Below, piece by piece: positions 9,381 through 17,874 of a stretch of 35,248 nt of DNA. The position numbers and the translations under genes are program-made. Each line of letters starts with the position of its first letter. Position 1 is the first letter of the stretch. The notes under the pieces are model-generated. The model was not told the DNA's origin. It worked only from the letters and a program-made list of their open reading frames with translations, and made no database searches. This DNA comes from a virus (lineage: Duplodnaviria > Caudoviricetes), in IMG/VR virus record IMGVR_UViG_3300044272_000956, positions 1 to 35,248 of that record; one strand, given 5' to 3'.

Positions 9381-10562
9381 ATGGCTACATGGAAAAAAGT
9401 CTTAATTCAAGACGCTAACATTACGGTTGGCTCTATTACAGCAACGCTGGCAAACAACGCCACAGACATTACGTCGGCCAACTCCGGAACCACGTTTAAC
9501 ATGGTAACCTCCGCTAACGCTGGAGGAGCCTCTGGTGCTTTGGAAATCCGTACCATGAACCTTGGAACGGCGGCCTTTGCTGCAACAGGTGACTTCCTTG
9601 CATCAGGGGCAGCCGCTCGGGACTTGACAACTAGTGGCGGTCTGACTGGAGGTCAGAACAACGTGCTTGTTGGCTCCGACGCGGACGTTGATATTAGTCT
9701 TGCAGACATCGCCGACCTGCGGGTTCTTGGTAACGTAACTGGGTCTAGTGGCAGCCCGTCCAATCTCGTGGAGATTAAGGACGAGGACGACATGACCTCT
9801 GACTCTGCTACGGCTCTTGCTACGCAGCAGTCTATTAAGGCTTACGTTGATTCTCAGACCTCTACTCCCGGAAACGGTACGATTACTGTTACTGCGGGTG
9901 CGGGTATCGCTAGTGGAACAGCCACATCGTTTACTGTAAACCAAGGCGGCAACACAACAGTCGCCATTGCTGTGGATGGCGTGCTTGAAGACCTCGATAG
10001 CCTTGGCGCAGCATCTAATGACGGAGAGTTCATCGTAGCTACAGGCGCAGGTACTTTTGCATACGAGTCTGGTGCTACAGTTAGAACCTCACTTGGACTT
10101 GGAACTGCCAATTCACCTTCGTTCACAAACCTGACCCTTAGCGGAAACCTGACTGTTAACGGCACGACCACCACACTCGACACCGCCAACCTTCTTGTTG
10201 AAGACAAGATTATCATGGTGGCGAACACCACCACCCCAACTCCTGACACTGGTACTGCTTCAGGTCTTGAGGTTGAGACTTCTACTACAGCTGCAAACCG
10301 CCCACGATTTGAGTGGACTAAAGACCTTGGTGCATCTAATGACGGAACCTACGATGGTTCGGGTACAGCAGTTGGACTTACGGGTTGGGGTCTCAAGAAC
10401 CACCAAGAGTCGAACCAAGCTCTCTTCCCCATCGCCATCATGCAGATGGAAGGGGCAGACGCTACGGCTCCTAGTGGCAACTCTGCTGGTATTGGCTCAT
10501 TCTACTTTGCCTCTTCAAACATTGGCACCGCCGCAGGCGAACTGTACTTGAGAGTATTGTAA
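9381..10562 (+). CDS. Tail fibre-like protein 1
   Basis: 393 aa, G/T/A-rich, with DEDDMTSDSATALATQQSIKAYVD and LSGNLTVNGTTTTLDTANLLVEDKII fibre motifs. N-terminus MATWKKVL. Confidence 0.7.
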   Translation: MATWKKVLIQDANITVGSITATLANNATDITSANSGTTFNMVTSANAGGASGALEIRTMNLGTAAFAATGDFLASGAAARDLTTSGGLTGGQNNVLVGSDADVDISLADIADLRVLGNVTGSSGSPSNLVEIKDEDDMTSDSATALATQQSIKAYVDSQTSTPGNGTITVTAGAGIASGTATSFTVNQGGNTTVAIAVDGVLEDLDSLGAASNDGEFIVATGAGTFAYESGATVRTSLGLGTANSPSFTNLTLSGNLTVNGTTTTLDTANLLVEDKIIMVANTTTPTPDTGTASGLEVETSTTAANRPRFEWTKDLGASNDGTYDGSGTAVGLTGWGLKNHQESNQALFPIAIMQMEGADATAPSGNSAGIGSFYFASSNIGTAAGELYLRVL

Positions 10563-10735
10563 TGGGGCTTCTGAATAAGGGCGGGGATGTTGGTGCCGTA
10601 AGCACTGATACTCTGACCCAACAGGAGTTGACGTTTATCCTAAAGACATTGCATGAGGGCAAATTCGATGGGAAAGACGTACTTTTGTTGGCGGAGGTAG
10701 TAAACAAGCTACAGAATCAATTAAAAGCCAAGTAA
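10562..10735 (+). CDS. Small helical protein, 57 aa (absent from the ORF track); possible fibre assembly chaperone
   Basis: TAATG-coupled ATG at 10562 gives MGLLNKGGDVGAVSTDTLTQQELTFILKTLHEGKFDGKDVLLLAEVVNKLQNQLKAK*. It fills the gap exactly and resembles the next ORF. Confidence 0.75.
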   Translation: MGLLNKGGDVGAVSTDTLTQQELTFILKTLHEGKFDGKDVLLLAEVVNKLQNQLKAK

Positions 10736-10752
10736 GGCGAAAACCAAATACA

Positions 10753-10935
10753 ATGAAATTAGACATCACCGAAATCCATTTCCTGAAGAGCGCATTAGAG
10801 GCAATCAATATCAAGGCTGCCGATGCTCCCACTGTGGCAAGGACGATAGAAAAACTGGACAAGGAATTTGTCCGCTTGCAAAAACTTGAAGAAAAAAAGC
10901 AGCCATCCAACGGCGTGATGGAAGCTGCAAAATAA
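10753..10935 (+). CDS. Small helical protein, 60 aa; apparent paralogue of 10562-10735
   Basis: A-rich leader. Shares the LxxxExxF[IL]xxxL...DxxxxAxx[IV]xKL spacing with the preceding ORF. Confidence 0.75.
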   Translation: MKLDITEIHFLKSALEAINIKAADAPTVARTIEKLDKEFVRLQKLEEKKQPSNGVMEAAK

Positions 10936-10944
10936 TGCGGCACC

Positions 10945-12045
10945 ATGGCAACTTGGAAAAAGGTACTTACCGATGGTGACAACACCAACCTAGGCACTAC
11001 CAACCTTAGCACAGCCTCGGCTAGAACGTTTCAGCTTACCAGCTCTAATACACTGGCGTTTCTTTCGCAGCACGGAACTGAGTTGCTGAAATTTGTCAGT
11101 GCTCCTGTAACCCCAAATGCGGATAGGGTTGATATAGTAGCGTCCGTTCTCTCAATCACTCATCCGATTGGCTCAGCACCGGGTGTAATTTCATTAAAAG
11201 AGGGAACAGATAACAATACGGGGTTTACCAATGCAGTTAATCTGAAGGCTCCCGCAGCCCTTAATTCAAACGTCACCCTTACGCTTCCCGGTACGGACGG
11301 TAGTAATGGTCAGGCAATCGTAACAGACGGAAGCGGAAACCTTTCGTTTAGCACGGTTTCGGGTAGTGGAACCACTATTAACAACAATGCGGACGACCGT
11401 GTAATTACTGGTTCTGGCTCAGCAAACACCCTCAATGCGGAGGATAGCTTGACGTTTGGCAGCTATACTATTGCCCAGCAGAACGGTCTGGGCACCAACC
11501 GATTGCTGAATCAAGGTGTTTACATTGCCAAGTCAAATGGTTCTAAACCAACTGGGTATGTGTGGGACACGGACAACTCCTATGGGGATAGCGCATTGGA
11601 TGCGGGAAGCACTGGCAGTACCCCATACTCAAATACCGGGCAAAGCCTTTCCTTACAGTTCACATCGTCTGATTTGACTCAGGGAAGGTTGCACATGCTA
11701 AACGCTAGCGGTGCTCTCATTAAGCCTCAGGCAAATGCAGGCAACACGTCCGTAGGTTTGGTTGGCCTGTATCTTCAGGGTAACCTTCAATCTCAGACCT
11801 CTGCAACCCTACTTATGCAGGGTATGGCTATACTGCCGAACACTTGCTTTGAGGGGACATTCTCTTCGTCAGGCTTACTGTATCTATCTGACACTACAGC
11901 AGGTAAATTGACATACACCATTCCAAGTTCAGGTAGCGACATCGTTCGTCACATGGGCTATGCGTTGAGACAAGTAACAGCCTCTAGCACTGCAAGCACG
12001 CTGATTTACTTCAACCCATCTGTGGACTTCTTGGAAATTGCGTAA
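10945..12045 (+). CDS. Tail/head fibre-like protein 2
   Basis: 366 aa, N-terminus MATWKKVL. Fibre motifs LTLPGTDGSNGQAIVTDGSGNLSF and NNADDRVITG. C-terminal LYLSDTTAG...IVRHMGY...IYFNPS domain. Confidence 0.7.
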   Translation: MATWKKVLTDGDNTNLGTTNLSTASARTFQLTSSNTLAFLSQHGTELLKFVSAPVTPNADRVDIVASVLSITHPIGSAPGVISLKEGTDNNTGFTNAVNLKAPAALNSNVTLTLPGTDGSNGQAIVTDGSGNLSFSTVSGSGTTINNNADDRVITGSGSANTLNAEDSLTFGSYTIAQQNGLGTNRLLNQGVYIAKSNGSKPTGYVWDTDNSYGDSALDAGSTGSTPYSNTGQSLSLQFTSSDLTQGRLHMLNASGALIKPQANAGNTSVGLVGLYLQGNLQSQTSATLLMQGMAILPNTCFEGTFSSSGLLYLSDTTAGKLTYTIPSSGSDIVRHMGYALRQVTASSTASTLIYFNPSVDFLEIA

Positions 12046-13730
12046 TGCCTAGTACTTCCTTTCTCCACTTTGATGAGGTATCGAGCAGCAGTGGTGCCGA
12101 CCTAGCCACGGGTGATTCCAATGCAGACTTCTTAGCCGGAACTGTTGTAGACCAGTCCTTCTTTTCGGTAGAAACCGTAAACGATACGATTAGGTTTAGG
12201 GGCGTTTCCTCAACTGGGATACCCTCCGGCTCCACCATAAACGGTTTAGAGTTTAGGGTTCTCATGAGGGGCCAAGGCAGTACTTATAAGTTTACCCTGA
12301 GGCCGGGAAGACTGGCCTCTGGCTTTTATCAGGGCGGTACTGCGACCGAGGTAACTCACAGCTCATCTGTCGGCACAGCCTTTACAAATCATGTTGTAGG
12401 CGACTCAACGGATTTGCATTCGGTTAGCTCTCTGACGACCTCCAATCTTGACACCCTCACCCTCGACTACACGACAACTGAGAACTCATCAAGTGGTGCC
12501 TTTAGGTTTCATTCGTCTGATGGTACGACAGGTCTTTCTGCGCCAACTGTAAGGATACACTATACAGAGCCAGTTCCTGATAGTGATGTCAACAAGTGGA
12601 ACAAGACTCTCATCAACACGAGCGCATCTGATTATTCTGTAACGGATGACGACGTTGGGACTGAAACAGATGGTTCTATTGCCACTATGGACGGCCAGAC
12701 GAGAACCTCTGGGGAGTGGTCTCCAAGCAACGGGGGCGGCACTCAAGGTAGCAACAACCTGACGGGTTGGGTTAATGGTAGTAGTGCTATTGACGGGACT
12801 TATTGGAAGTCAACAAGTAATCCTCAAACACCGAGGATTACTAATAATCAAACCGCAAGGGGTTGGAGCTGTGGGCCTTCGTCATCAAGCAACGGGACAA
12901 GCTCCTCAAATACGGGGCCGAGAGGGGGTGTAGACACGAGCACACTTACTGCCGCGTCAGGCACTCTAACGCAGGGTGCAAACACTTCAGTAAGCGATTT
13001 GAACTCTAGGTTTCTTTTCACAGAAACGTCAAGCATTTATGGAAGCAGGCAATTCGTCATGCGAAGCCGAGCTTACAACTGGAACCAGTCCATGACGGAC
13101 ACATCAAATCCGCTGATTCTAAGCTTCTTTTGCTATGCTCATGGCTATAACTGCGGAACGCTTTCCATCTACATACATGATGACACCGTAGCAAATGACG
13201 ACGATGCCACATGGCTCGCGAACGTAGAGTTTAGAACTACACCAGCGTCAGGGCAAAGCAGTAATAGTAGCCACAGAGAAACAAAGGCAAGGGTTTACAC
13301 AGGCGTAGTTGAGGGCAGTAGTCCTATTTATGGCGGGCCCGGGGCGGGCAGTAGCTCCTTTGGGGGTGTAAACACAGGAACAGAGAATGTATGGGGTAAC
13401 TATTACAACAGTAATGTAAATGTCAACAGCTCCACAGCCCTATGGAGAAAGATTGAGATTGCCATACCCAACATCTTCAAAGTAAGCAATCAAAGCTATT
13501 ACATTTACTTTGTTCACGAGGGCTCAACCCTCTCTGAAAACAACGCTATTCTAGAGTCGGGAGAAACATCCATAACGGGCAGTAACTTTAGTTTTCTAGG
13601 AGACCTAAGTCTCGATAACATCAAGACGACAGAAAGGATTGCAAGTACAGTTGCCAAAAGACTCAACAATGTTGTAACTCAAAACTTGAGTGGCGGCACA
13701 AAAGAGATTAACTTAACAGAAGTGCCATGA
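12045..13730 (+). CDS. Putative receptor-binding/adhesin protein with a C-terminal MAM-like (ConA/jelly-roll) domain
   Basis: 561 aa. Ordered MAM hallmarks: SSNTGP, FLFTETSS, LSFFCYAHGYNCGTLSIY, WRKIEI, YYIYF, GDLSLDNI. Confidence 0.6.
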   Translation: MPSTSFLHFDEVSSSSGADLATGDSNADFLAGTVVDQSFFSVETVNDTIRFRGVSSTGIPSGSTINGLEFRVLMRGQGSTYKFTLRPGRLASGFYQGGTATEVTHSSSVGTAFTNHVVGDSTDLHSVSSLTTSNLDTLTLDYTTTENSSSGAFRFHSSDGTTGLSAPTVRIHYTEPVPDSDVNKWNKTLINTSASDYSVTDDDVGTETDGSIATMDGQTRTSGEWSPSNGGGTQGSNNLTGWVNGSSAIDGTYWKSTSNPQTPRITNNQTARGWSCGPSSSSNGTSSSNTGPRGGVDTSTLTAASGTLTQGANTSVSDLNSRFLFTETSSIYGSRQFVMRSRAYNWNQSMTDTSNPLILSFFCYAHGYNCGTLSIYIHDDTVANDDDATWLANVEFRTTPASGQSSNSSHRETKARVYTGVVEGSSPIYGGPGAGSSSFGGVNTGTENVWGNYYNSNVNVNSSTALWRKIEIAIPNIFKVSNQSYYIYFVHEGSTLSENNAILESGETSITGSNFSFLGDLSLDNIKTTERIASTVAKRLNNVVTQNLSGGTKEINLTEVP

Positions 13731-14014
13731 TGACGGATGATGAGATAGGAGATTTTTACATCAGGTATCATGACAGGGGGTATGATGTTTTGGTTACTCC
13801 GGCTGTAGAGGTGGCAACTAAAAGCCATGTTACGATAAAGTCTAGGGTAGACGACTCCATTCTTTATGAGGAGGAGGCTGAAAACTCTATCGGAAACGAA
13901 AAGCCCCGAAGAGATTTGCTCTGGGTAAGTGAATACAACAGAGCATTTGACGACTTCAACCAGTTTGACCAGTACTACAGAGCCCTCAAGTCTAACAGCG
14001 AATTGAGCGATTAA
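13727..14014 (+). CDS. Hypothetical protein (95 aa)
   Basis: ATGA overlap with the upstream stop. Fills the gap to the next promoter. Confidence 0.6.
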   Translation: MMTDDEIGDFYIRYHDRGYDVLVTPAVEVATKSHVTIKSRVDDSILYEEEAENSIGNEKPRRDLLWVSEYNRAFDDFNQFDQYYRALKSNSELSD

Positions 14015-14023
14015 GTAGTTGAT

Positions 14024-14031
14024 TATATTTG
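14024..14031 (+). promoter_or_regulatory. -7 element TATATTTG at the head of the capsid operon
   Basis: Exact match, 4 nt before ATG 14036. A TTG lies about 18 nt upstream (14003-14005). Confidence 0.75.
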
Positions 14032-14035
14032 CAGT

Positions 14036-14356
14036 ATGTCTAAAGCTGCGGAGAAGGCGAAAAGATTAGGGTTTAAGGGTGTCAACAAACCTAAGTTGAC
14101 CAAGAACCACCCCACCAAAAAAGCTGCCGTTGTCAGCACGCTTGGTCCGGGGCAGGAGGATGGTGCGCTCGTCAGGTTTGGTGACCAGAAGATGGGCAAC
14201 AACTACAGTGCAAAAGCACGCAAAGCCTTCAGGAGCAGACACGCAAAGAACATTAAGAGAAAGGGCAGTGCCGCATACTGGGCAAACCGATTTCTCTGGA
14301 GTAAGGGCGGGCACAGTAAGACACCGCCGAAAAGCCAAAAGAAAACTTACAAGTAA
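14036..14356 (+). CDS. Highly basic small protein, DUF5754-like
   Basis: 106 aa, K/R-rich. The VRFG...RKAFRSRH...SAAYWANRFLW pattern matches my recollection of the viral DUF5754 family. Confidence 0.6.
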   Translation: MSKAAEKAKRLGFKGVNKPKLTKNHPTKKAAVVSTLGPGQEDGALVRFGDQKMGNNYSAKARKAFRSRHAKNIKRKGSAAYWANRFLWSKGGHSKTPPKSQKKTYK

Positions 14357-14362
14357 TTCAAT

Positions 14363-15475
14363 ATGAGTAAAGAACTAGAAAACGCAATGGCGGAGGCTGG
14401 GTTCGCAATCAGCGACACACCGCCAGTACAAGAACCTACGCAAAATGCTGTGGAAGAAACCGTGGCAGATGCTCCAGTGGAGCCTGTCCAAAACGAAGTC
14501 GTGGCTGAACAAGCTACTACTGAAACCCCGCAACCTGTGGCAGAGCCTGAAGCTCAACCTTCAGAGCCTGTTCAGGAAGCTGTAAAAGAATCTGAATCAT
14601 TCGAAGGCTTGGATGTTGATTCCGAAGTCCTCAAGTACCTGAGCGAAAAGCTTGGAACAGAGGTCTCTGGATACGACTACTTGTCTGAGATGATTTCAAA
14701 TAAACCCGTTGAAATCGACGAGCGCGTTTCCGCTATCAATGATTTCGTTCTCAAGACGGGTCGTAGTCCAGAAGACTGGTACAAGTATCAGCAGTTGAAC
14801 CCATCCGAAATGGATGACCTTACAGCTGTACGAAACCAGATGGTCATCGAGCACGGCAACCTCACAGCTGATGAGGTATCACTGCTGATGGCTAGTAAGT
14901 ACAAACTGGACTCTGACCGTTTTGATGAGGGCGAAGTCAACCTAGCGAAGCTGCAACTCAAGATGGATGCGGAATCCGCACGGAAGTCTATCTCCGAACT
15001 CAGGGACGCTTACCAGCTCCCGATTGATGAGAACGGTGAGGCGGAAGTGCAATCTCCTATCACTGAGGAATGGGTGAGAACAATGACTGCTGAAGTAAAG
15101 GACTTCGATGGTTTGGTATTTGAGCTTCCATCAGGTGAGAAATTCACCTACGGAATCAAGGACGACTATCGGGCACAACTCATCAGCAAGAACTCTCGCT
15201 TAGAGGAATACTTCGACGACTATGTGAATGACAGTGGCGACTGGAACTTCGAGAAGCTCAACGCCCACAGAGCTGTAGTAGACAACATCGACGCTATCGT
15301 AAAGTCCGTGTACCAACAGGGACTCAGCGACGGCCAGAGAAAGGTTGTGCAAACGGCAGCGAACGTGAGCAATGATACAGCTCAAAGAGACCCGTCTCAG
15401 AGTCAATCAGATGGCATCGCGGAACAACTCAGAAATGCTTTAGGTGGTAGGGGGTCAATGACTTTTAACATCTAA
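14363..15475 (+). CDS. Putative capsid scaffolding/assembly protein
   Basis: 370 aa, acidic, with an E/P/A-rich disordered N-terminus and helical body. Directly upstream of the capsid gene. Confidence 0.7.
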   Translation: MSKELENAMAEAGFAISDTPPVQEPTQNAVEETVADAPVEPVQNEVVAEQATTETPQPVAEPEAQPSEPVQEAVKESESFEGLDVDSEVLKYLSEKLGTEVSGYDYLSEMISNKPVEIDERVSAINDFVLKTGRSPEDWYKYQQLNPSEMDDLTAVRNQMVIEHGNLTADEVSLLMASKYKLDSDRFDEGEVNLAKLQLKMDAESARKSISELRDAYQLPIDENGEAEVQSPITEEWVRTMTAEVKDFDGLVFELPSGEKFTYGIKDDYRAQLISKNSRLEEYFDDYVNDSGDWNFEKLNAHRAVVDNIDAIVKSVYQQGLSDGQRKVVQTAANVSNDTAQRDPSQSQSDGIAEQLRNALGGRGSMTFNI

Positions 15476-15487
15476 AAACAAGAAATC

Positions 15488-16918
15488 ATGGCAATTTCAC
15501 CAAGCCAAAGTCAAGGCAATGCGAATACTAATGCCCCCAAGGGTGGCGTTAACAACGCATTCAGACTTGACGCACCAGTTGGCAAGTACGCCTCTCTCGG
15601 CGACTTGGCCTCTGTTCTCGCACCCGATGTGAGAAAAGACCTCGTTAAGACTTTTGGGAATCAGGGTATCTCTGGTCTCCTTGAATTGATGGGGGCAACA
15701 AAATCAGTCGGTACAGCCGACGAAGTGACGTACTACGAGGAGCAGAGACTGCACCCAATTCAGGTTGTCACTAATAGTCAAAGTCCCGGAGCAGATATTG
15801 CGGCGGGTGCTTCTCAAGACTTCCCAGCAGGCGTTGCTTCAGCAGCAGGAACAAACACGGTTACAGCTTTGAAGCTTCGTGTCAATGACCTCGTGCTTGA
15901 CAGCGCAGGAAAAGTTGCAATCGTAACCGCTGCCACCGCAAGTACCGGAGCTTTCACTATCAAGTCTCTTGATGGTACTAACCTCGCTGTGGTTGCGGAT
16001 GGTGCTACCACTCAGTTGCCGATTGTCGGTAACATGTACAAGCAGGGAAGCGACCAGCCCGGTGAGTTCTTTGAGTCCGGTATTGTCAAGAGAACCAACC
16101 CATTTGCAATCGTGAAGGAAAGCTATGAGGTGAGTGGTTCTAACGCTACCAACATCGGCTACATCGACGTGGGTGGTGGTGACTACCGCTGGTACATCAA
16201 AGGCGAGATGGACGCTCGTCAGCGTTTCCTTGACGCTAGAGAGTTGACCTTGCTTATGGGAGAGAAGACATCTGTGCCTACTGGTATCTCAGGAACTGAA
16301 GGTTACTTTGCTGCTGTCAAGGACAGAGGCATTGTGTCAACCGAGGGTGGGTCTCCTACCGACACCTTTGATTCTGTTGATGACCTCGACAATGTTATTG
16401 CTCTCCTCGACAAGAACGGAGCCGCTCCTGAATATGCAGCCATGCTGAACAGCGCAATGTTTGTTCAGTTCAACAACATGCCTGCTGTCGCTGGTGCCAC
16501 TGGTAGTGGAGTAACCTCCGGTGTGGCGGCAAACTTCGGTGCGTTCCAAAACAATCAGGAGGCTGCAATCAACCTCGGGTTCCAAAGCTTCGCTAGAGGT
16601 GGGTACACTTTCCACTTGAAGAAGATGCCTTTGTTGAACAGCCCGAACCTGTTGGGTCACGCAAGCGGTCAGAAGGTTGTTAAGGGAATGATGATTCCTT
16701 TGACCAATGTTGTTGACCCGCAAACTGGTAATTCAGCACCTGCATTGGAGTTGAACTACAAGGCTGCAAACGGATACAACAGAGAAATGGAGCACTGGGT
16801 AACTGGTGGTGGTGTTCTCGGTTTCACTAATGCAACCGAAGACATTGCGAAGTTCCACTATCGCTCTGAGTGCTGCTTGATTACTCGCGCTGCTAACCAG
16901 CACGTTTTGATTAAGTAA
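15488..16918 (+). CDS. Major capsid protein
   Basis: 476 aa after the scaffold, with a strong A-rich leader and a downstream hairpin. Motifs EEQRLH, GTEGYFAAVKDRG, NLGFQSFARGGYTFH and FHYRSECCL fit Bacteroidota podophage HK97-fold capsids. Confidence 0.85.
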   Translation: MAISPSQSQGNANTNAPKGGVNNAFRLDAPVGKYASLGDLASVLAPDVRKDLVKTFGNQGISGLLELMGATKSVGTADEVTYYEEQRLHPIQVVTNSQSPGADIAAGASQDFPAGVASAAGTNTVTALKLRVNDLVLDSAGKVAIVTAATASTGAFTIKSLDGTNLAVVADGATTQLPIVGNMYKQGSDQPGEFFESGIVKRTNPFAIVKESYEVSGSNATNIGYIDVGGGDYRWYIKGEMDARQRFLDARELTLLMGEKTSVPTGISGTEGYFAAVKDRGIVSTEGGSPTDTFDSVDDLDNVIALLDKNGAAPEYAAMLNSAMFVQFNNMPAVAGATGSGVTSGVAANFGAFQNNQEAAINLGFQSFARGGYTFHLKKMPLLNSPNLLGHASGQKVVKGMMIPLTNVVDPQTGNSAPALELNYKAANGYNREMEHWVTGGGVLGFTNATEDIAKFHYRSECCLITRAANQHVLIK

Positions 16919-16932
16919 TCTGATTAAGTAAT
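16908..16932 (+). repeat. Tandem 12-bp direct repeat TGATTAAGTAAT duplicating the capsid gene end
   Basis: Copies at 16908-16919 and 16921-16932, separated by one C. Confidence 0.85.
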
Positions 16933-16964
16933 GTGGGGGAGGGAATGGCTCTCCCCTTCATTAC
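16928..16964 (+). terminator. Strong stem-loop after the capsid gene (attenuator or mRNA-stabilising hairpin; no U-tract)
   Basis: GTAATG-T-GGGGGAGGG / AATGG loop / CTCTCCCCT-T-CATTAC forms about 15 pairs with one mismatch. Confidence 0.6.
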
Positions 16965-16987
16965 CTCCTTCAATAAAATTTTTTACA

Positions 16988-17794
16988 ATGGAACAGACCC
17001 AAAAGCGCGGAGGCCGCCCGCCCAAAAAAGCTGCCGCCCCGTCAAAAACAAAGTTCAAGAGAACTCTAAAAGACGAAAGCAATCTGCCCAGAACGTATGA
17101 GGTAATCAACGGCTGCAATTACATACTGAGGATTGCGAGCAAAAATGTTCAGGTGTTTGACAAGGAGTCAAATCGTGTTAGAGCAATTAGGTATGCCCCG
17201 TTAGAAAACTCTGTCTTTATGGACGAGCAGTCTAGTCTTGCCCGTGTGGAGCATGTCATGTTTGAAAACAAATACCTTGTTGTGCCGGTCGAAAAGCCGA
17301 ACTTGATTCAGTTCATGGAACTTCACCCCGACAACGTAGCAAACGGAGGAACGATTTTCAAGTTGGTAAACAAAGAAGAAAACTTCGAAGAGGATGTCGA
17401 GATGGACTTCAAGATTAGTGATGCAATCAGCATCATTAAGTCCAGACCAATAGACGAACTTCTCCCAGTGGCATTGGCCTTGAGGGTAGACACAAATCAA
17501 AAGGACTTAGCCATCAAGCATGGGCTGATTAGATTCGCAAAGCAAAAACCAGATGAGTTTTTGGCTACGCTCAATAGTCCTATGGTTAATGCACGCTCAG
17601 TTGTTTCTCAATGTCTTGACTTTCAAGTGATTGAGCAAAGAAACGGTGCTGTGGTTTGGTTTGATACAGGCAAGATGATTGTTTCTGTACCCGTAGGACA
17701 GGATGCTGTTGAGGTAATGACTAGATTTGTAATGACTGATAAAGGTTCAACGGTGCTCACAGAGCTGGAACGCCAGCTTGAGGCCATTGCCTGA
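16988..17794 (+). CDS. Conserved-type protein downstream of the capsid gene (positional equivalent of crAss-like gene 75), function unknown
   Basis: About 268 aa from ATG 16988, with RAIRY...SVFMDEQ and FMELHPDN. The track's start at 16931 lies inside the hairpin. Confidence 0.7.
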   Translation: MEQTQKRGGRPPKKAAAPSKTKFKRTLKDESNLPRTYEVINGCNYILRIASKNVQVFDKESNRVRAIRYAPLENSVFMDEQSSLARVEHVMFENKYLVVPVEKPNLIQFMELHPDNVANGGTIFKLVNKEENFEEDVEMDFKISDAISIIKSRPIDELLPVALALRVDTNQKDLAIKHGLIRFAKQKPDEFLATLNSPMVNARSVVSQCLDFQVIEQRNGAVVWFDTGKMIVSVPVGQDAVEVMTRFVMTDKGSTVLTELERQLEAIA

Positions 17795-17813
17795 CATCAA
17801 CGTATTCATCGGG

Positions 17814-17843
17814 GAAGGGGGGCCAAGAGCCCCCTTTCTTTTT
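17814..17843 (+). terminator. Rho-independent terminator
   Basis: GAAGGGGGGC-CAAGA-GCCCCCTTTC stem-loop followed by TTTTT. Confidence 0.85.
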
Positions 17844-17846
17844 CTG

Positions 17847-17854
17847 TATATTTG
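17847..17854 (+). promoter_or_regulatory. -7 element TATATTTG starting the tail operon
   Basis: Exact match directly after the terminator, 20 nt before ATG 17875. Confidence 0.75.
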
Positions 17855-17874
17855 CCTGAGATTCCCCTTAATCC

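Noticed and set aside
1322-16987. Longer track starts at 1322, 2493, 4932, 7399 and 16931
   Set aside because: They overlap upstream genes, a promoter motif or the hairpin. Downstream ATGs at 1424, 2508, 4959, 7405 and 16988 fit better.
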